From an uncultured Poribacteria bacterium (GTDB lineage: Bacteria > Poribacteria > WGA-4E > WGA-3G), in the NCBI GenBank assembly GCA_951813565.1, contig OX638351.1, positions 2,016,001 to 2,080,000 on the forward strand: 64,000 nucleotides of DNA, given 5' to 3'. Of the stretch, positions 31,264 to 41,500 are shown one piece after another. Below the pieces are notes generated by a model. It was given only the letters and a program-made list of their open reading frames with translations. It ran no database searches and was not told the origin of the DNA. The position numbers and the translations under genes are program-made. The stretch's first letter is position 1; each line of letters begins with the position of its first letter.

Positions 31264-33174
31264 ATGACCGTAAGAGCACTTCTACTCGGTTTAGCACTCG
31301 TCATTGTACAAACAGCAATTACCCCGTACAACGATTACTACCTCCAAGGGACAGACATCGCCGGAAATCACTTCCCTTTAGGCGCAGTATTTACACTGAT
31401 TTTTCTTACACTTGTCATCAACCCTATACTTAAAAGGGTATTTCCTCGCGTCACACTAAATCCGGCAGAGCTGATAGTAATATGGGTGATGATGGGAGTT
31501 AGCTCAGCGATCCCGTCAAAAGGAATGATGGGGTTTTTGCTTCCCTATTTAGCTGCACCTGTTTATTTTGCTACACCTGAAAACGAATGGGCAGAAACGC
31601 TTCACGCCCACTTTCCTGAATGGTTAATTGTATGGGATAAACACGCTGTTACCAATTTCTATGAAGGAGAATCGTCTGTTCCGTGGGCACTTTGGATAAA
31701 ACCTATCATAGTCTGGTCAGTTTTCATTATCCTGCTCTATTGTGTGACAATCTGTGTATCGATTATCTTGCGAAAACAGTGGGTCGAACGGGAAAGGTTT
31801 ATATTTCCGCTTGTTACTGTTCCCGTAGAGATGGTTCAGCAAACCTCAATGCGCAGCGGGGTGGATAGTCTTTTCAGGAATCGCCTCGTCTGGATAGGAT
31901 TTGGAATTGCCGCCGCGTTCCATCTGCTCAATGGACTGCACGAGTATTTTCCCGCGCTCCCATCCATCCCGAATCGGTACGACCTTTCCGCGCCATTTAC
32001 GGAACGTCCATGGATCGTGATGCGGTGGTGGCCCCAATTTCGTTTCTTCCTCTATTTCTCCGTTATCGGTATAACCTATTTTCTCGCTATGGAGGTATCG
32101 TTTAGCTGCTGGTTTTTCTTTCTATTTTTCAAACTACAGTACATTATTATCAATGCCTTTGCGATCCCTATCAGTCCTTGGATCTGTGCAAGAGGACAGA
32201 CGATGGCTGCCTATGTAGTGATGGTTCTCGCTTTTCTGATTAATAGTCGCTCGCATATCATAGACCTTCTAAAGAAAACATTCCTGCAATCCTCCACCAC
32301 AACGATCAATGACTCGGATGAAGTGTTGCCGTATAGATGGGCTGTTCTGGGAGGAATTTTTAGTTTTCTGTTACTTGCTGGTCTCTGCTTCTACGCTGGA
32401 ATGTCGTTTTGGGTTGCTTGCAGCATTATCACACTGTTCCTAATTACCTCTACCGCGCTATCGTGGATGGTGGTCAATGGTGGAATGTTGCTGATTCAGG
32501 CACCTATGTACCCCGTGGAATACTTTGAAATTGTTACAGGTTCAAGGATTATCAATGCAAACAGTTTGGCACTTTTAGGGTTTCAGCGGGTAATGATGCG
32601 CGACTGGGGTGGGATTTTGATGCCGAGCGTGCTACACGGGTTCAAAGCAGCAGACCCACTCCGATTAAATCGAAGAAGCGTGTTGTGTGCGATGGCACTT
32701 GCTATTGTTGTTGCTATCGGTGTTTCCTACGCTGCTTCGCTACCCTTGATCTATGAAAAAGGCGGTTTAAATCTGCAAGGCGGTCCCTTTGTCGGAGCAC
32801 CAAGATATTTTAATCACATGGTTTCACTAATTCAATATCCGAGAGATGCGAAATTAGGAGAAACATATAGCATGATTTTGGGGGTTGGAATCACATCTTT
32901 TCTACTCATCATGCAACGACAATTTATGTGGTGGCAACTTCACCCGATTGGGTATGTGATGGGAGCAGTTTACTCTTCCTATTTCCTCTGGTCATGTATA
33001 TTTATCGGTTGGTTTTTAAAGTTTTTAGTGCTGAAATCGGGAGGAATCGGATACTTTCGACAGTTTCGTCCGTTTTTCATGGGATTGATCATAGGTGAGT
33101 TTGGCATCGTTGGCGCGTGGATGGTGCTTGGAATGTTTACCGGTGTTAATTATCAGGGTGCTTTACCTGGGTAA
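31264..33174 (+). CDS. Polytopic membrane protein, putative transporter (DUF6785/DUF6784-like)
   Basis: Many TM helices; YFATPENEW, LRKQWVERERFIFPL, WWQLHPIGY. Confidence 0.65.
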   Translation: MTVRALLLGLALVIVQTAITPYNDYYLQGTDIAGNHFPLGAVFTLIFLTLVINPILKRVFPRVTLNPAELIVIWVMMGVSSAIPSKGMMGFLLPYLAAPVYFATPENEWAETLHAHFPEWLIVWDKHAVTNFYEGESSVPWALWIKPIIVWSVFIILLYCVTICVSIILRKQWVERERFIFPLVTVPVEMVQQTSMRSGVDSLFRNRLVWIGFGIAAAFHLLNGLHEYFPALPSIPNRYDLSAPFTERPWIVMRWWPQFRFFLYFSVIGITYFLAMEVSFSCWFFFLFFKLQYIIINAFAIPISPWICARGQTMAAYVVMVLAFLINSRSHIIDLLKKTFLQSSTTTINDSDEVLPYRWAVLGGIFSFLLLAGLCFYAGMSFWVACSIITLFLITSTALSWMVVNGGMLLIQAPMYPVEYFEIVTGSRIINANSLALLGFQRVMMRDWGGILMPSVLHGFKAADPLRLNRRSVLCAMALAIVVAIGVSYAASLPLIYEKGGLNLQGGPFVGAPRYFNHMVSLIQYPRDAKLGETYSMILGVGITSFLLIMQRQFMWWQLHPIGYVMGAVYSSYFLWSCIFIGWFLKFLVLKSGGIGYFRQFRPFFMGLIIGEFGIVGAWMVLGMFTGVNYQGALPG

Positions 33175-33212
33175 TTCTATGTTGCACGTAATTCATCATT
33201 CTTTCTATAAGA

Positions 33213-33401
33213 TAACCTAAGTTGCTACCTATGTAGCACAAACTTTTAGTTTGTGTCATAAGGGCGCAAACTGAAAGTGCTATCAACGGTATGAATGCCA
33301 TAATGGCATTCCCCGTGCTACAAAATCTATGCTAATAGTGAACTATTCGATTAAAAAGGTGTTTTTTATGTCAATTATCTTGTAGGTAGCAACTTGAGTT
33401 A
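33213..33401. mobile_element. MITE family F
   Basis: TIR TAACCTAAGTTGCTAC/GTAGCAACTTGAGTTA, 3-bp TSD AGA. Confidence 0.75.
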
Positions 33402-33675
33402 AGATAGGTGATCTATTTTTTATGTGGTTTAATTTCATAATTCATGTCACAATTTTGTTATAATTTCCGTTGTCTATTTTAAAGGTTTTTGCTATAATTG
33501 GACATTATAGTAAAATCTATAATTTTCTGAGACCCTTTATATCCGTTATGGTTTTCTGGTAAATGTAAACAACAATGAAATGTCCGATTGTAATCGCCAC
33601 GAATTCAATCTAAATCTGAATCAACATACGTTTTAAATAGAAAAAACGATTAATTTGATATTGGAGGAAACGAAG

Positions 33676-34476
33676 ATGAAATTTGGGAATCAAAGTGGAT
33701 CAATGTTAGTTTGGTTAAGTGTCATCATTTTCACCTTGTCGGTCACCAGTATCACCTATGCTGCCTTGGTTGACGAGGGGACAATTGAAGTCATCTATCT
33801 CTTCGACGAAGGAAAAGGTGAGGTTGCCGTGGATTTCTCTCCGCATGGTCGGGATGGGGAAATCATTGGGGCACAATACGCCCAAGGCGTCTTTGGCACC
33901 AGTTTAAGATACGATGGAGAAGATGACAATCTGATCGTTACCGGTTATGCTGGTGTTGGTGGCACAGAACCCAGAACAACGGTCTTCTGGTTTAAAGCCA
34001 ATGGCACAAGAGAGCATTCATGGGTGAAATGGGGACCAAATGCTTCTGGTGAAAAATATTACATTCGCGCGCATGTAACTGGTGAAAATTGCTTCTTGAG
34101 AATTGAAGTTAACGGCGGACAAAATTACGGCACAGATAACGTATGTGATGGCGAATGGCATCATTGTGCGGTTGTCTTTCCCGAAGGAGCGGACTCCGTG
34201 CAAGACCATGATCTCTACGTTGATGGTGTCCTTCAAGAAAAGGTGGGCAACGATAAAGAGATGAACACAAACGGTGAAGCACAGGAGGTAAACATAGGAG
34301 CACGTCTGACGGGACACGCATTTATGTTGGGCTTTTTAGATGAACTTGCTATTTTTAGTGCGGCCTTGGATGCGGATCAGATCAATGCCATCCGAGAAGA
34401 TGGATTGCATGGGTCCGTCAGTGTTGATCCGAAAGAAAAATTAGCCACAAGTTGGGCAAGGATTAAGAAGTACTAA
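33676..34476 (+). CDS. Exported LamG-like jellyroll protein
   Basis: Signal peptide, DGEWHHCAVV, LDELAIF; terminal SVDPKEKLATSWARIK. Confidence 0.9.
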   Translation: MKFGNQSGSMLVWLSVIIFTLSVTSITYAALVDEGTIEVIYLFDEGKGEVAVDFSPHGRDGEIIGAQYAQGVFGTSLRYDGEDDNLIVTGYAGVGGTEPRTTVFWFKANGTREHSWVKWGPNASGEKYYIRAHVTGENCFLRIEVNGGQNYGTDNVCDGEWHHCAVVFPEGADSVQDHDLYVDGVLQEKVGNDKEMNTNGEAQEVNIGARLTGHAFMLGFLDELAIFSAALDADQINAIREDGLHGSVSVDPKEKLATSWARIKKY

Positions 34477-34563
34477 CGTTTATTACTATCAGTTTTCGGC
34501 AGTTCTTTGTTGTAGTGGAAGGGTCTTTGTGTCCTCCCTACAGCATGGATGGAAGTACGGCTA

Positions 34564-35382
34564 TTAAGCAGATGTATTGAAATTCCAAGAAGAAAAAGAA
34601 AAAGGAGAGTAGGTTTCCAGACCGCTCTCTTTTTTCTTTTTATCAGCGCGATATTGCTGTACCCAATTCTCTGAAACACTATCCGCTTGTTTCAGTAAAC
34701 GTCTTTCCCCAAACACGAGGTTTTCAGGATAAGAAATTTTTAGCCAATCCAAAATTCGGAGCGCTGTTTCCTCATAATAAGGCACAAAATCCTCATAAAT
34801 TACCGTAAAAGGGGTTATATTGTATCGTGTGAAATACTCTTGCCATGCTGCTTCGTGCAAAATAATCTCTTGAACCAAATAGTCAATTGCTGCAAAGTTG
34901 TACTCCAGTTCTTTTTTTAGTTCAGACGTAGGGTCACCAATTCTTTTCCACCAAGCCAATCCTTGTAGTCCTTTCCACAAAGAGACAGCTTGTCGCACCT
35001 TATCTCGACGCATAATCCAGATGTAATTCAGATTGGGAAATAGTTCTGACAGCACTGCATACGGAGACAGATCACGATCTTTAAATTGCGATGTTTGGCG
35101 CACTTTACCAATAAAGTTTTCAAAATATCCCCACATCAGTTTTGTTCCAAAAACACCGTTTGGGGTTGTGCTTTTCTCTTTTACTTTATTGAGAAAATCT
35201 GGATAGTCCGTTGCTCCCCATTTTTTAGCCCACTCTTTATCGTCCCAAAAATATTCTCCGGGTATTCCAGCGAGGCCTGTATTCTCCAAAGCCTCAAATA
35301 ATAGGTAACCTCCACAACGAGGTGTCGCACAGATTAAATATGAAACAGGTGGTTTCACAAGGCATGATCTCCTTTTTATCAA
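34564..35382 (-). CDS. Stf0-family sulfotransferase
   Basis: YLICATPRCGG, GIPGEYF, TPNGVFGTKLMW, RRDKVRQAVS, YEDF. Confidence 0.88.
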   Translation of the reverse strand: MIKRRSCLVKPPVSYLICATPRCGGYLLFEALENTGLAGIPGEYFWDDKEWAKKWGATDYPDFLNKVKEKSTTPNGVFGTKLMWGYFENFIGKVRQTSQFKDRDLSPYAVLSELFPNLNYIWIMRRDKVRQAVSLWKGLQGLAWWKRIGDPTSELKKELEYNFAAIDYLVQEIILHEAAWQEYFTRYNITPFTVIYEDFVPYYEETALRILDWLKISYPENLVFGERRLLKQADSVSENWVQQYRADKKKKESGLETYSPFSFSSWNFNTSA

Positions 35383-35386
35383 TTGT

Positions 35387-36646
35387 TTACTTACTGTTTT
35401 CGCTTAAATTATGATGAAATGCGGGATACAGTGGCATTTCTTGAACTTCAGGCGGCCATATTGTGCTGAATTTATCTCGAATTTTTCTCGCTGTCGCACC
35501 AAGTGCTTGCAGATAATTGTGTTCCTCAGTTAACTGTGCCAACATGCCTAAACGGTAGAAAACACGTCTACGTACAGCGGGTAATCCCCAATGATTGTAG
35601 TTCGGGTTTGTTCTCAACGCCTCATAATCGCCAGCGGGGCGATTATTTATGATATTGCTGAACACAGCTTTTGGCGGTTCAAAAAACCGGTAAATACACC
35701 GGATCGTTTCATAAACACAAGCTTCAATGAGCCGCCTATAAAACCACTGGTTATCTTGTGCTTCAGGACAAGTTGCGGCAAGTTCAGATCGGTATATCCT
35801 TTCCATTTCCTGCGCTATATCGTCAGGAAACCTTGAAACGTCCGCCCACATATCAAGATGCACACGAATCTGGAATCCATCAACAAGCACATGCTGGAAG
35901 TGTCCAAATTCGTAGTCAAAAACATATACTTTCGATTTTGAAGTAGAATGATAAACATTTACGGGATAAAGGTCGCCGTGGGTTAGTCCATGAAAACAGT
36001 TGGAAGGCTCAAGGAATTCAATGAGGGATTTTAACTCGGAAAAAGCCTCTTGATAAGGTGTGATACCTGCGGCATCACAAGTCTCCGCCAATTTTTCAGC
36101 ATAAGTAGTATAGAGGTCTTCATTTCTCTGCTCAATTGAGACAATTGAATCACGTATTTTGAGAAATTCTTCTACCTTGCCAATTGCGTGTGCATTAATT
36201 CTTCCGAGAGCCTTAGCACATTCAATCAGAACCATTTTTGCTGTTTGGCTATCATCAGAAAGTAATATTGCTCTGAGATTCTGACCTTCTCCCATATCTT
36301 CCATCACAATGAAAGGGACGTTATTTTTCCCAGTATATCCACCACCATAAATGCGCGGTGTAACGGCATTTTCACCCATCTGGTCACTCAAGAATTGTAG
36401 ACACGCCCATTCAACACGGATTCTCCTTGCCCGCTTACGTTTAACAAAAACACTTTCAGGTATTCCATCGGGTCCCGAACGTATTTTGAAACGATACAGA
36501 CATTGAGGATGGATATTCTCGCCTCTATCAATGCTAATCTCCCCACCAAATTTTTGTGTCAGTATCGCCTGAACTGCTGAATTCAAATTTCTGAAAGACG
36601 TATTGTTATTTGTTACCATAGGAATGTTCTCAGGAAAAAGTCTCAT
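35387..36646 (-). CDS. APH/choline-kinase-like phosphotransferase
   Basis: VFVK, IVMEDMG, HGDLYPVN, DYE; start codon uncertain. Confidence 0.8.
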   Translation of the reverse strand: MRLFPENIPMVTNNNTSFRNLNSAVQAILTQKFGGEISIDRGENIHPQCLYRFKIRSGPDGIPESVFVKRKRARRIRVEWACLQFLSDQMGENAVTPRIYGGGYTGKNNVPFIVMEDMGEGQNLRAILLSDDSQTAKMVLIECAKALGRINAHAIGKVEEFLKIRDSIVSIEQRNEDLYTTYAEKLAETCDAAGITPYQEAFSELKSLIEFLEPSNCFHGLTHGDLYPVNVYHSTSKSKVYVFDYEFGHFQHVLVDGFQIRVHLDMWADVSRFPDDIAQEMERIYRSELAATCPEAQDNQWFYRRLIEACVYETIRCIYRFFEPPKAVFSNIINNRPAGDYEALRTNPNYNHWGLPAVRRRVFYRLGMLAQLTEEHNYLQALGATARKIRDKFSTIWPPEVQEMPLYPAFHHNLSENSK

Positions 36647-36845
36647 AATAACTCTACGGACATTTTCGGAGATTGTTACATCATTACGCCTGCAAATCAA
36701 TGAGAATTAGGTCTGTATGTTCAGCGTCTTTCCACTTGTTTATTTTAAAGAATTTTGCTAAAATCATCTTCAAACTTTGAATCAATATATGAGAATGACT
36801 TTAAATTCAAATTAAAGTGAGTATATTTTTAATGGAGGCAAAAAA

Positions 36846-37646
36846 ATGAAATTTGTAAGTCAAAGTAGATTGATGGTCTTATGGCTAAGTTTCACCATCT
36901 TTACAGTGTCAATTGCCAGTGTAAGCCACGCTGCAGCTATAGAAAAAGATACGCTGGAGGTAGCTTACCTGTTTGACGGGAATAGTGCCAATGTTGTCAA
37001 AGATATATCTGGAAATGATCGTGATGGTGCACTCACTGGGGCAAAACGTGTTGAAGGCGTGTTCGGGAACGCTTTAGAATACGATGGAAGCGATGATAAC
37101 GTCATTGTCACAGGTTTTAAAGGTATAGGTGGCACAAATCCGAGAACTACCGTCTTTTGGTTTAAATCTGATGTAGTACGCGAGCATTCATGGGTAAAAT
37201 GGGGAATAAATTCTCCCGAACAAAAATACTACATCCGATCCCACATCCGAGGCAATGCCTGTAATTTACGGGTGGAAGTTAACGGCGGACAAAATTACGG
37301 GGGAGATAACGTTTGTGATGGTGAATGGCATCATTGTGCAGTGGTTTTTCCGGAAGGGTCAGATGCAGTAAAAGACCATGATCTCTATGTGGACGGTAAA
37401 CTTCAAGACAAAGAGGGTACCGATAAAGCTATGAACACCAATATTGATACACAAGATGTCAATATGGGTGCGCGGTTGGCTAACCACGTCTTTATGCTCG
37501 GTTCATTCGATGAAGTCGCTATCTTTAATGTGGCTTTGGATTTAAAGCAGATTAATGCCATCCGAAATACTGGTTTACAAACAGCGCTTGGTGTAGACCC
37601 GCAAGAGAAATTAACCACAAGCTGGGCAATGATAAAGGCGTATTAA
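36846..37646 (+). CDS. Exported LamG-like protein (close paralog of 33676..34476)
   Basis: Shared PRTTVFWFK, REHSWVKWG, EVNGGQNYG; terminal GVDPQEKLTTSWAMIK. Confidence 0.9.
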   Translation: MKFVSQSRLMVLWLSFTIFTVSIASVSHAAAIEKDTLEVAYLFDGNSANVVKDISGNDRDGALTGAKRVEGVFGNALEYDGSDDNVIVTGFKGIGGTNPRTTVFWFKSDVVREHSWVKWGINSPEQKYYIRSHIRGNACNLRVEVNGGQNYGGDNVCDGEWHHCAVVFPEGSDAVKDHDLYVDGKLQDKEGTDKAMNTNIDTQDVNMGARLANHVFMLGSFDEVAIFNVALDLKQINAIRNTGLQTALGVDPQEKLTTSWAMIKAY

Positions 37647-37687
37647 TCTATTTTCCTGTAGGAGCGACCTCCCGGTCGCGATGCTGA

Positions 37688-38521
37688 TTAATCCCACAAA
37701 TCAAGTCCTAACAGTTTTCGTCCCAAGGGTGTCAATTCTGGCGATCCGTAGTTTTTGGCTTCCCATCCGCGCGGGTCGCCGGGATAGGGGCCGTGGCCTA
37801 ATGCTCTCCGCTCTCGCCACAGTGTGAGACGTTCTTGACGCCGTTCTTCATTCATTGGGTTAGGAGCACGATAATAGTTCATATATTGTGCTAACCGCGG
37901 CTTATCGGACGTATTGCGACCGTTGCCGTGCGGAAGTGCTACATGCCATATAAGCAGTGAACCTGCCTTTGCTGGCACTTGGACAAATTTTTCTCTATAT
38001 ACTTCCGGTGTTAATTCAGGTACCCACGGATTTTCTTCGTCAATCAGTGACTTATGCGCGCCGGGCCAACAAACAAAAGACCCTTGATTTTCGGCTGTGT
38101 CCCTGAGAAACAGGACACCTTGTGTGCTAAACCCAACAGGTAATTTCGAGGTGTCCGCGTCCCAATGATACATGCCCAGATGGTCCCACTGAGGATAGTC
38201 GGGGTGTTTAGGCGGTTTCATGTTGACTCTATCAATATGAACCCAAATCCGTTCTGTGCCATAGACCTCAGTATAAATCTGATGAATTGGTGGATGTTGG
38301 TAGACGTCCCACATCGCTTGATGGAAATACATTTCTACCATGCCAGCACCGGGTTTGTGAGGCGCGCGATACCAGTCATTCGGATCTGACGGATCCATCT
38401 CCAGGTAATCAAAAATCGCATCAACGACTGCCTCACAAAGTTCAATCGGAACGGCATTTTCAATGACCATATAGCCGTATTCATCAAAATGTTCGTGATG
38501 TGCTTGTGTTAATATTGGCAT
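37688..38521 (-). CDS. Phytanoyl-CoA dioxygenase (PhyH) family protein
   Basis: HWD facial-triad motif, AGSLLIWH..PHG, R-LAQY. Confidence 0.88.
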   Translation of the reverse strand: MPILTQAHHEHFDEYGYMVIENAVPIELCEAVVDAIFDYLEMDPSDPNDWYRAPHKPGAGMVEMYFHQAMWDVYQHPPIHQIYTEVYGTERIWVHIDRVNMKPPKHPDYPQWDHLGMYHWDADTSKLPVGFSTQGVLFLRDTAENQGSFVCWPGAHKSLIDEENPWVPELTPEVYREKFVQVPAKAGSLLIWHVALPHGNGRNTSDKPRLAQYMNYYRAPNPMNEERRQERLTLWRERRALGHGPYPGDPRGWEAKNYGSPELTPLGRKLLGLDLWD

Positions 38522-38592
38522 TTGTTTCCTTTAATCTGATAACTACAATAGAGGAACGGCACGACGGAGCGTGCCTACTACCGTAACGGTTC

Positions 38593-41500
38593 TCACAATG
38601 CTTTGATAACCACAATCGTCATATCATCGTTCTGTTGAGCATCACCGGAAAAATCACGGACATCGTTAGTAATCGCATCAATCACCGCTTCTGCGTTCAT
38701 TGTTTTATCCAGTCCCTTAATAAGATGGGTTAAGCGGTCGGTTTCCATGTAAAGTTGGTCGAAATTGTTGCTTTGAGATGCTTCAGTAATGCCGTCGCTG
38801 AAAAGGATGATTGTATTGCCAGATTTCAGTTCAATTGGCGGTGTTTCTTCATATTCAGAGGATTTAAACGCGCCCAATGGGAGTCCATCTATTGAGATCT
38901 CTTCAACATCACCTTCGCCGCGCTTGATAATAGGATAAGGGATTCCGGCGTTGGCATATTTAAACGTCTTATCCGTTGGGTCAATGGTCAGTATCCCCAT
39001 CGCACAATTAGTATATCGTTGCAATCGAGGATAAAGGTTCTGGTTCAATGCCCACAACATTTGAGATGGAGACAGTTCCAACTGCGCCACAGAATGGAGT
39101 GCCCCAGAAGATAAAACAGCATTCATTGCACCTTTCATACCTTTGCCAGTGACATCTGCCAACACAACGGCGAGCGCGCCGTTACCAAGGGGAACATAGT
39201 CAAAGAAATCTCCACTGACGGCGCGGGCGGAAATACAAACACCTGCAATCTCAAACCCCGGAACTTCAGGTGCGGTTTGCGGTATTAATCCCATCTGCAT
39301 CTCTTGTGCATCGGCGAGCTCGGAAACTGCTTCTCGCTGATAGGCTAAAACCTGTTGACGCTGGTGGTAGTAGCGATATGCAAAAATACCACAAAGCGAC
39401 AGTAACACAACAATCGCGCCTCCGAATAAATACAGAAGCCATCCGCTTTGGTGCCACGGCAACACAACGGTCAACATTAGACTTGCAGGGGTAGAGTAGT
39501 TTAGGTCTCGGTCTATGGCAACGACCTCAAAGGTATATGTTCCCGGTTTATCAAAACTGATATTAAACGTATCTGATCGGGTTGGTTTGCGCCAATCGGA
39601 GTCGATCTCTTTAATACGAACCTGATACTGTCGTTTCCCTTTCGCGGTTTTGAAGTCTATACTGCTGTACTTGATAGTTACAAGAGTGTCGGTGGCAATA
39701 TCTTTAATTGTTTCGGGTGAACTCATTTGGGGAGGTGTTTTGTGGCTCTGAACTGAAACGATACGCACACGCGGTGGAACTCGATTTAGATTGTATTGGG
39801 TGACCCCTTCAAGCGTTCCAAACCAGAATCTCCCGTCTGAATCTTGACTAATTCCCAAAACTCGATTATTTATGAGTCCATCTCGCGTATCTAAAGATGT
39901 CCATGAGGTCCCATCGTATCGAGAAACGCCGCCCTGTGTCCCAAACCAGAGAGAACCCTCTCGATCTTGGTAAATTGAGGACACATCATTTTGTGCGAGT
40001 CCATCATTCGTTGTGAAGTTGACAAACTTTTCACCGTCATAACGAGAGACACCACCACGAATAGTTCCAAACCATAAAAATCCATCTCGGTCTTCGTGAA
40101 TCGCCAATACAGAATTAGATGCGAGTCCATCAGTGGTTGTAAAGTTGACAAACTCATTATCATCATATCTATAGATACCTCCCCCAATGGTTCCAAACCA
40201 GAGGGAACCGTCTCGGTCCTGATAAATTGAGGACACAACGTTTTGCACCAATCCGTCATGGGTCGTAAAGTTGACGAACTGATTACCGTCGTATCGATAG
40301 ACTCCATTATTATAGGTTCCAAACCATAAAAATCCATCTCGGTCTTGATAGAATGTCAACACGGTGCCAAACGAGAATCCACCATTGGTCATGGAGTTAA
40401 AAAACCTATCGTCGAAGTTAACAAACTGATCGCCATTGTATTGAGAGCCACCGCCATCTGTCCCAAACCAGAGGGAACCCTCAAGGTCTTGAAAAATCGA
40501 ACGCACGGAATTATGTACGAGTCCATCATCGGTTGTAAAGTTGATAAACTTCTTCCCATCATATTGACTAATTCCGTTGTCTGTCCCGAACCATAAGAGT
40601 CCGTCCCGGTCTTGAAAAATGGTGGAAACAGTGTTGCCGGCGAGTCCATCAGCAGTTGTGAAGTTAATCAATCCGCTGTTATCGTATTGGCTGAGTCCCT
40701 CACTGAGACTTGAAATCCAAAAGAACCCTTCTCTGTCTTGAAGAATGGACAATACGGAGTTCGTTGCGAGTCCATCGTTGGTTGTGAAGTTAACGATCTT
40801 TTCGCCATCATATCGAGAGACCCCATTATCCCGAGTCCCGAACCAAAGAAATCCGTCTCGGTCTTGATGAATTGTCTCAACAAGATCACTAACAAGCCCG
40901 TCCCTGGTTGTGAGGTTAACAAACTGATTACCATCGTATTGAGAAACGCCGCCGTCTGTCCCGAACCATAGAAGTCCATCTTGATCTTGATGGATCGACT
41001 GCACAAAATTGTGGGCGAGTCCCTCATTGGTCGTAAAGTTAACAAACTGATCACCGTCGTAGCGAGAGAGTCCCTCGAGTGTCCCGAACCAGAGGAATCC
41101 ATCTCGGTCTTGATAGATTGACAATATAGAGTCAGTAATGAGTCCATCATCGGTTGTGAAGTTGACGAACGCTTCGCCATTATATCGAGAAACTCCATTT
41201 TTCAGAGTTCCGAACCAGAGGTGCCCATCTCGATCTTGGTGGATTGCCCATACGTCGTTAGCAGCGAGTCCATCATCGGTTGTAAAGTTAATAAACTTCT
41301 TCCCATCATATTGACTAATTCCGTTGTCTGTCCCGAACCAGAGGAATCCGTCTCGGTCTTGATAGATTGACAATACAGTGTTGTGTGCGAGTCCATCATC
41401 AGTTGTAAAGTTGACGAACGCTTCGCCATCGTATCGAGAAACCCCACCGTTGCGGGTGCCAAACCATAGGAATCCGTCTCTGTCTTGATAAATCGACCGA

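Noticed and set aside
33676..37646. LamG paralogs as DGR template/variable repeats
   Set aside because: Both are full genes, differences are not adenine-specific, no reverse transcriptase in the window
39891..41462. Alternative-frame ORFs with repeating MDS motifs inside the sensor gene
   Set aside because: Shadows of the propeller repeats in another frame
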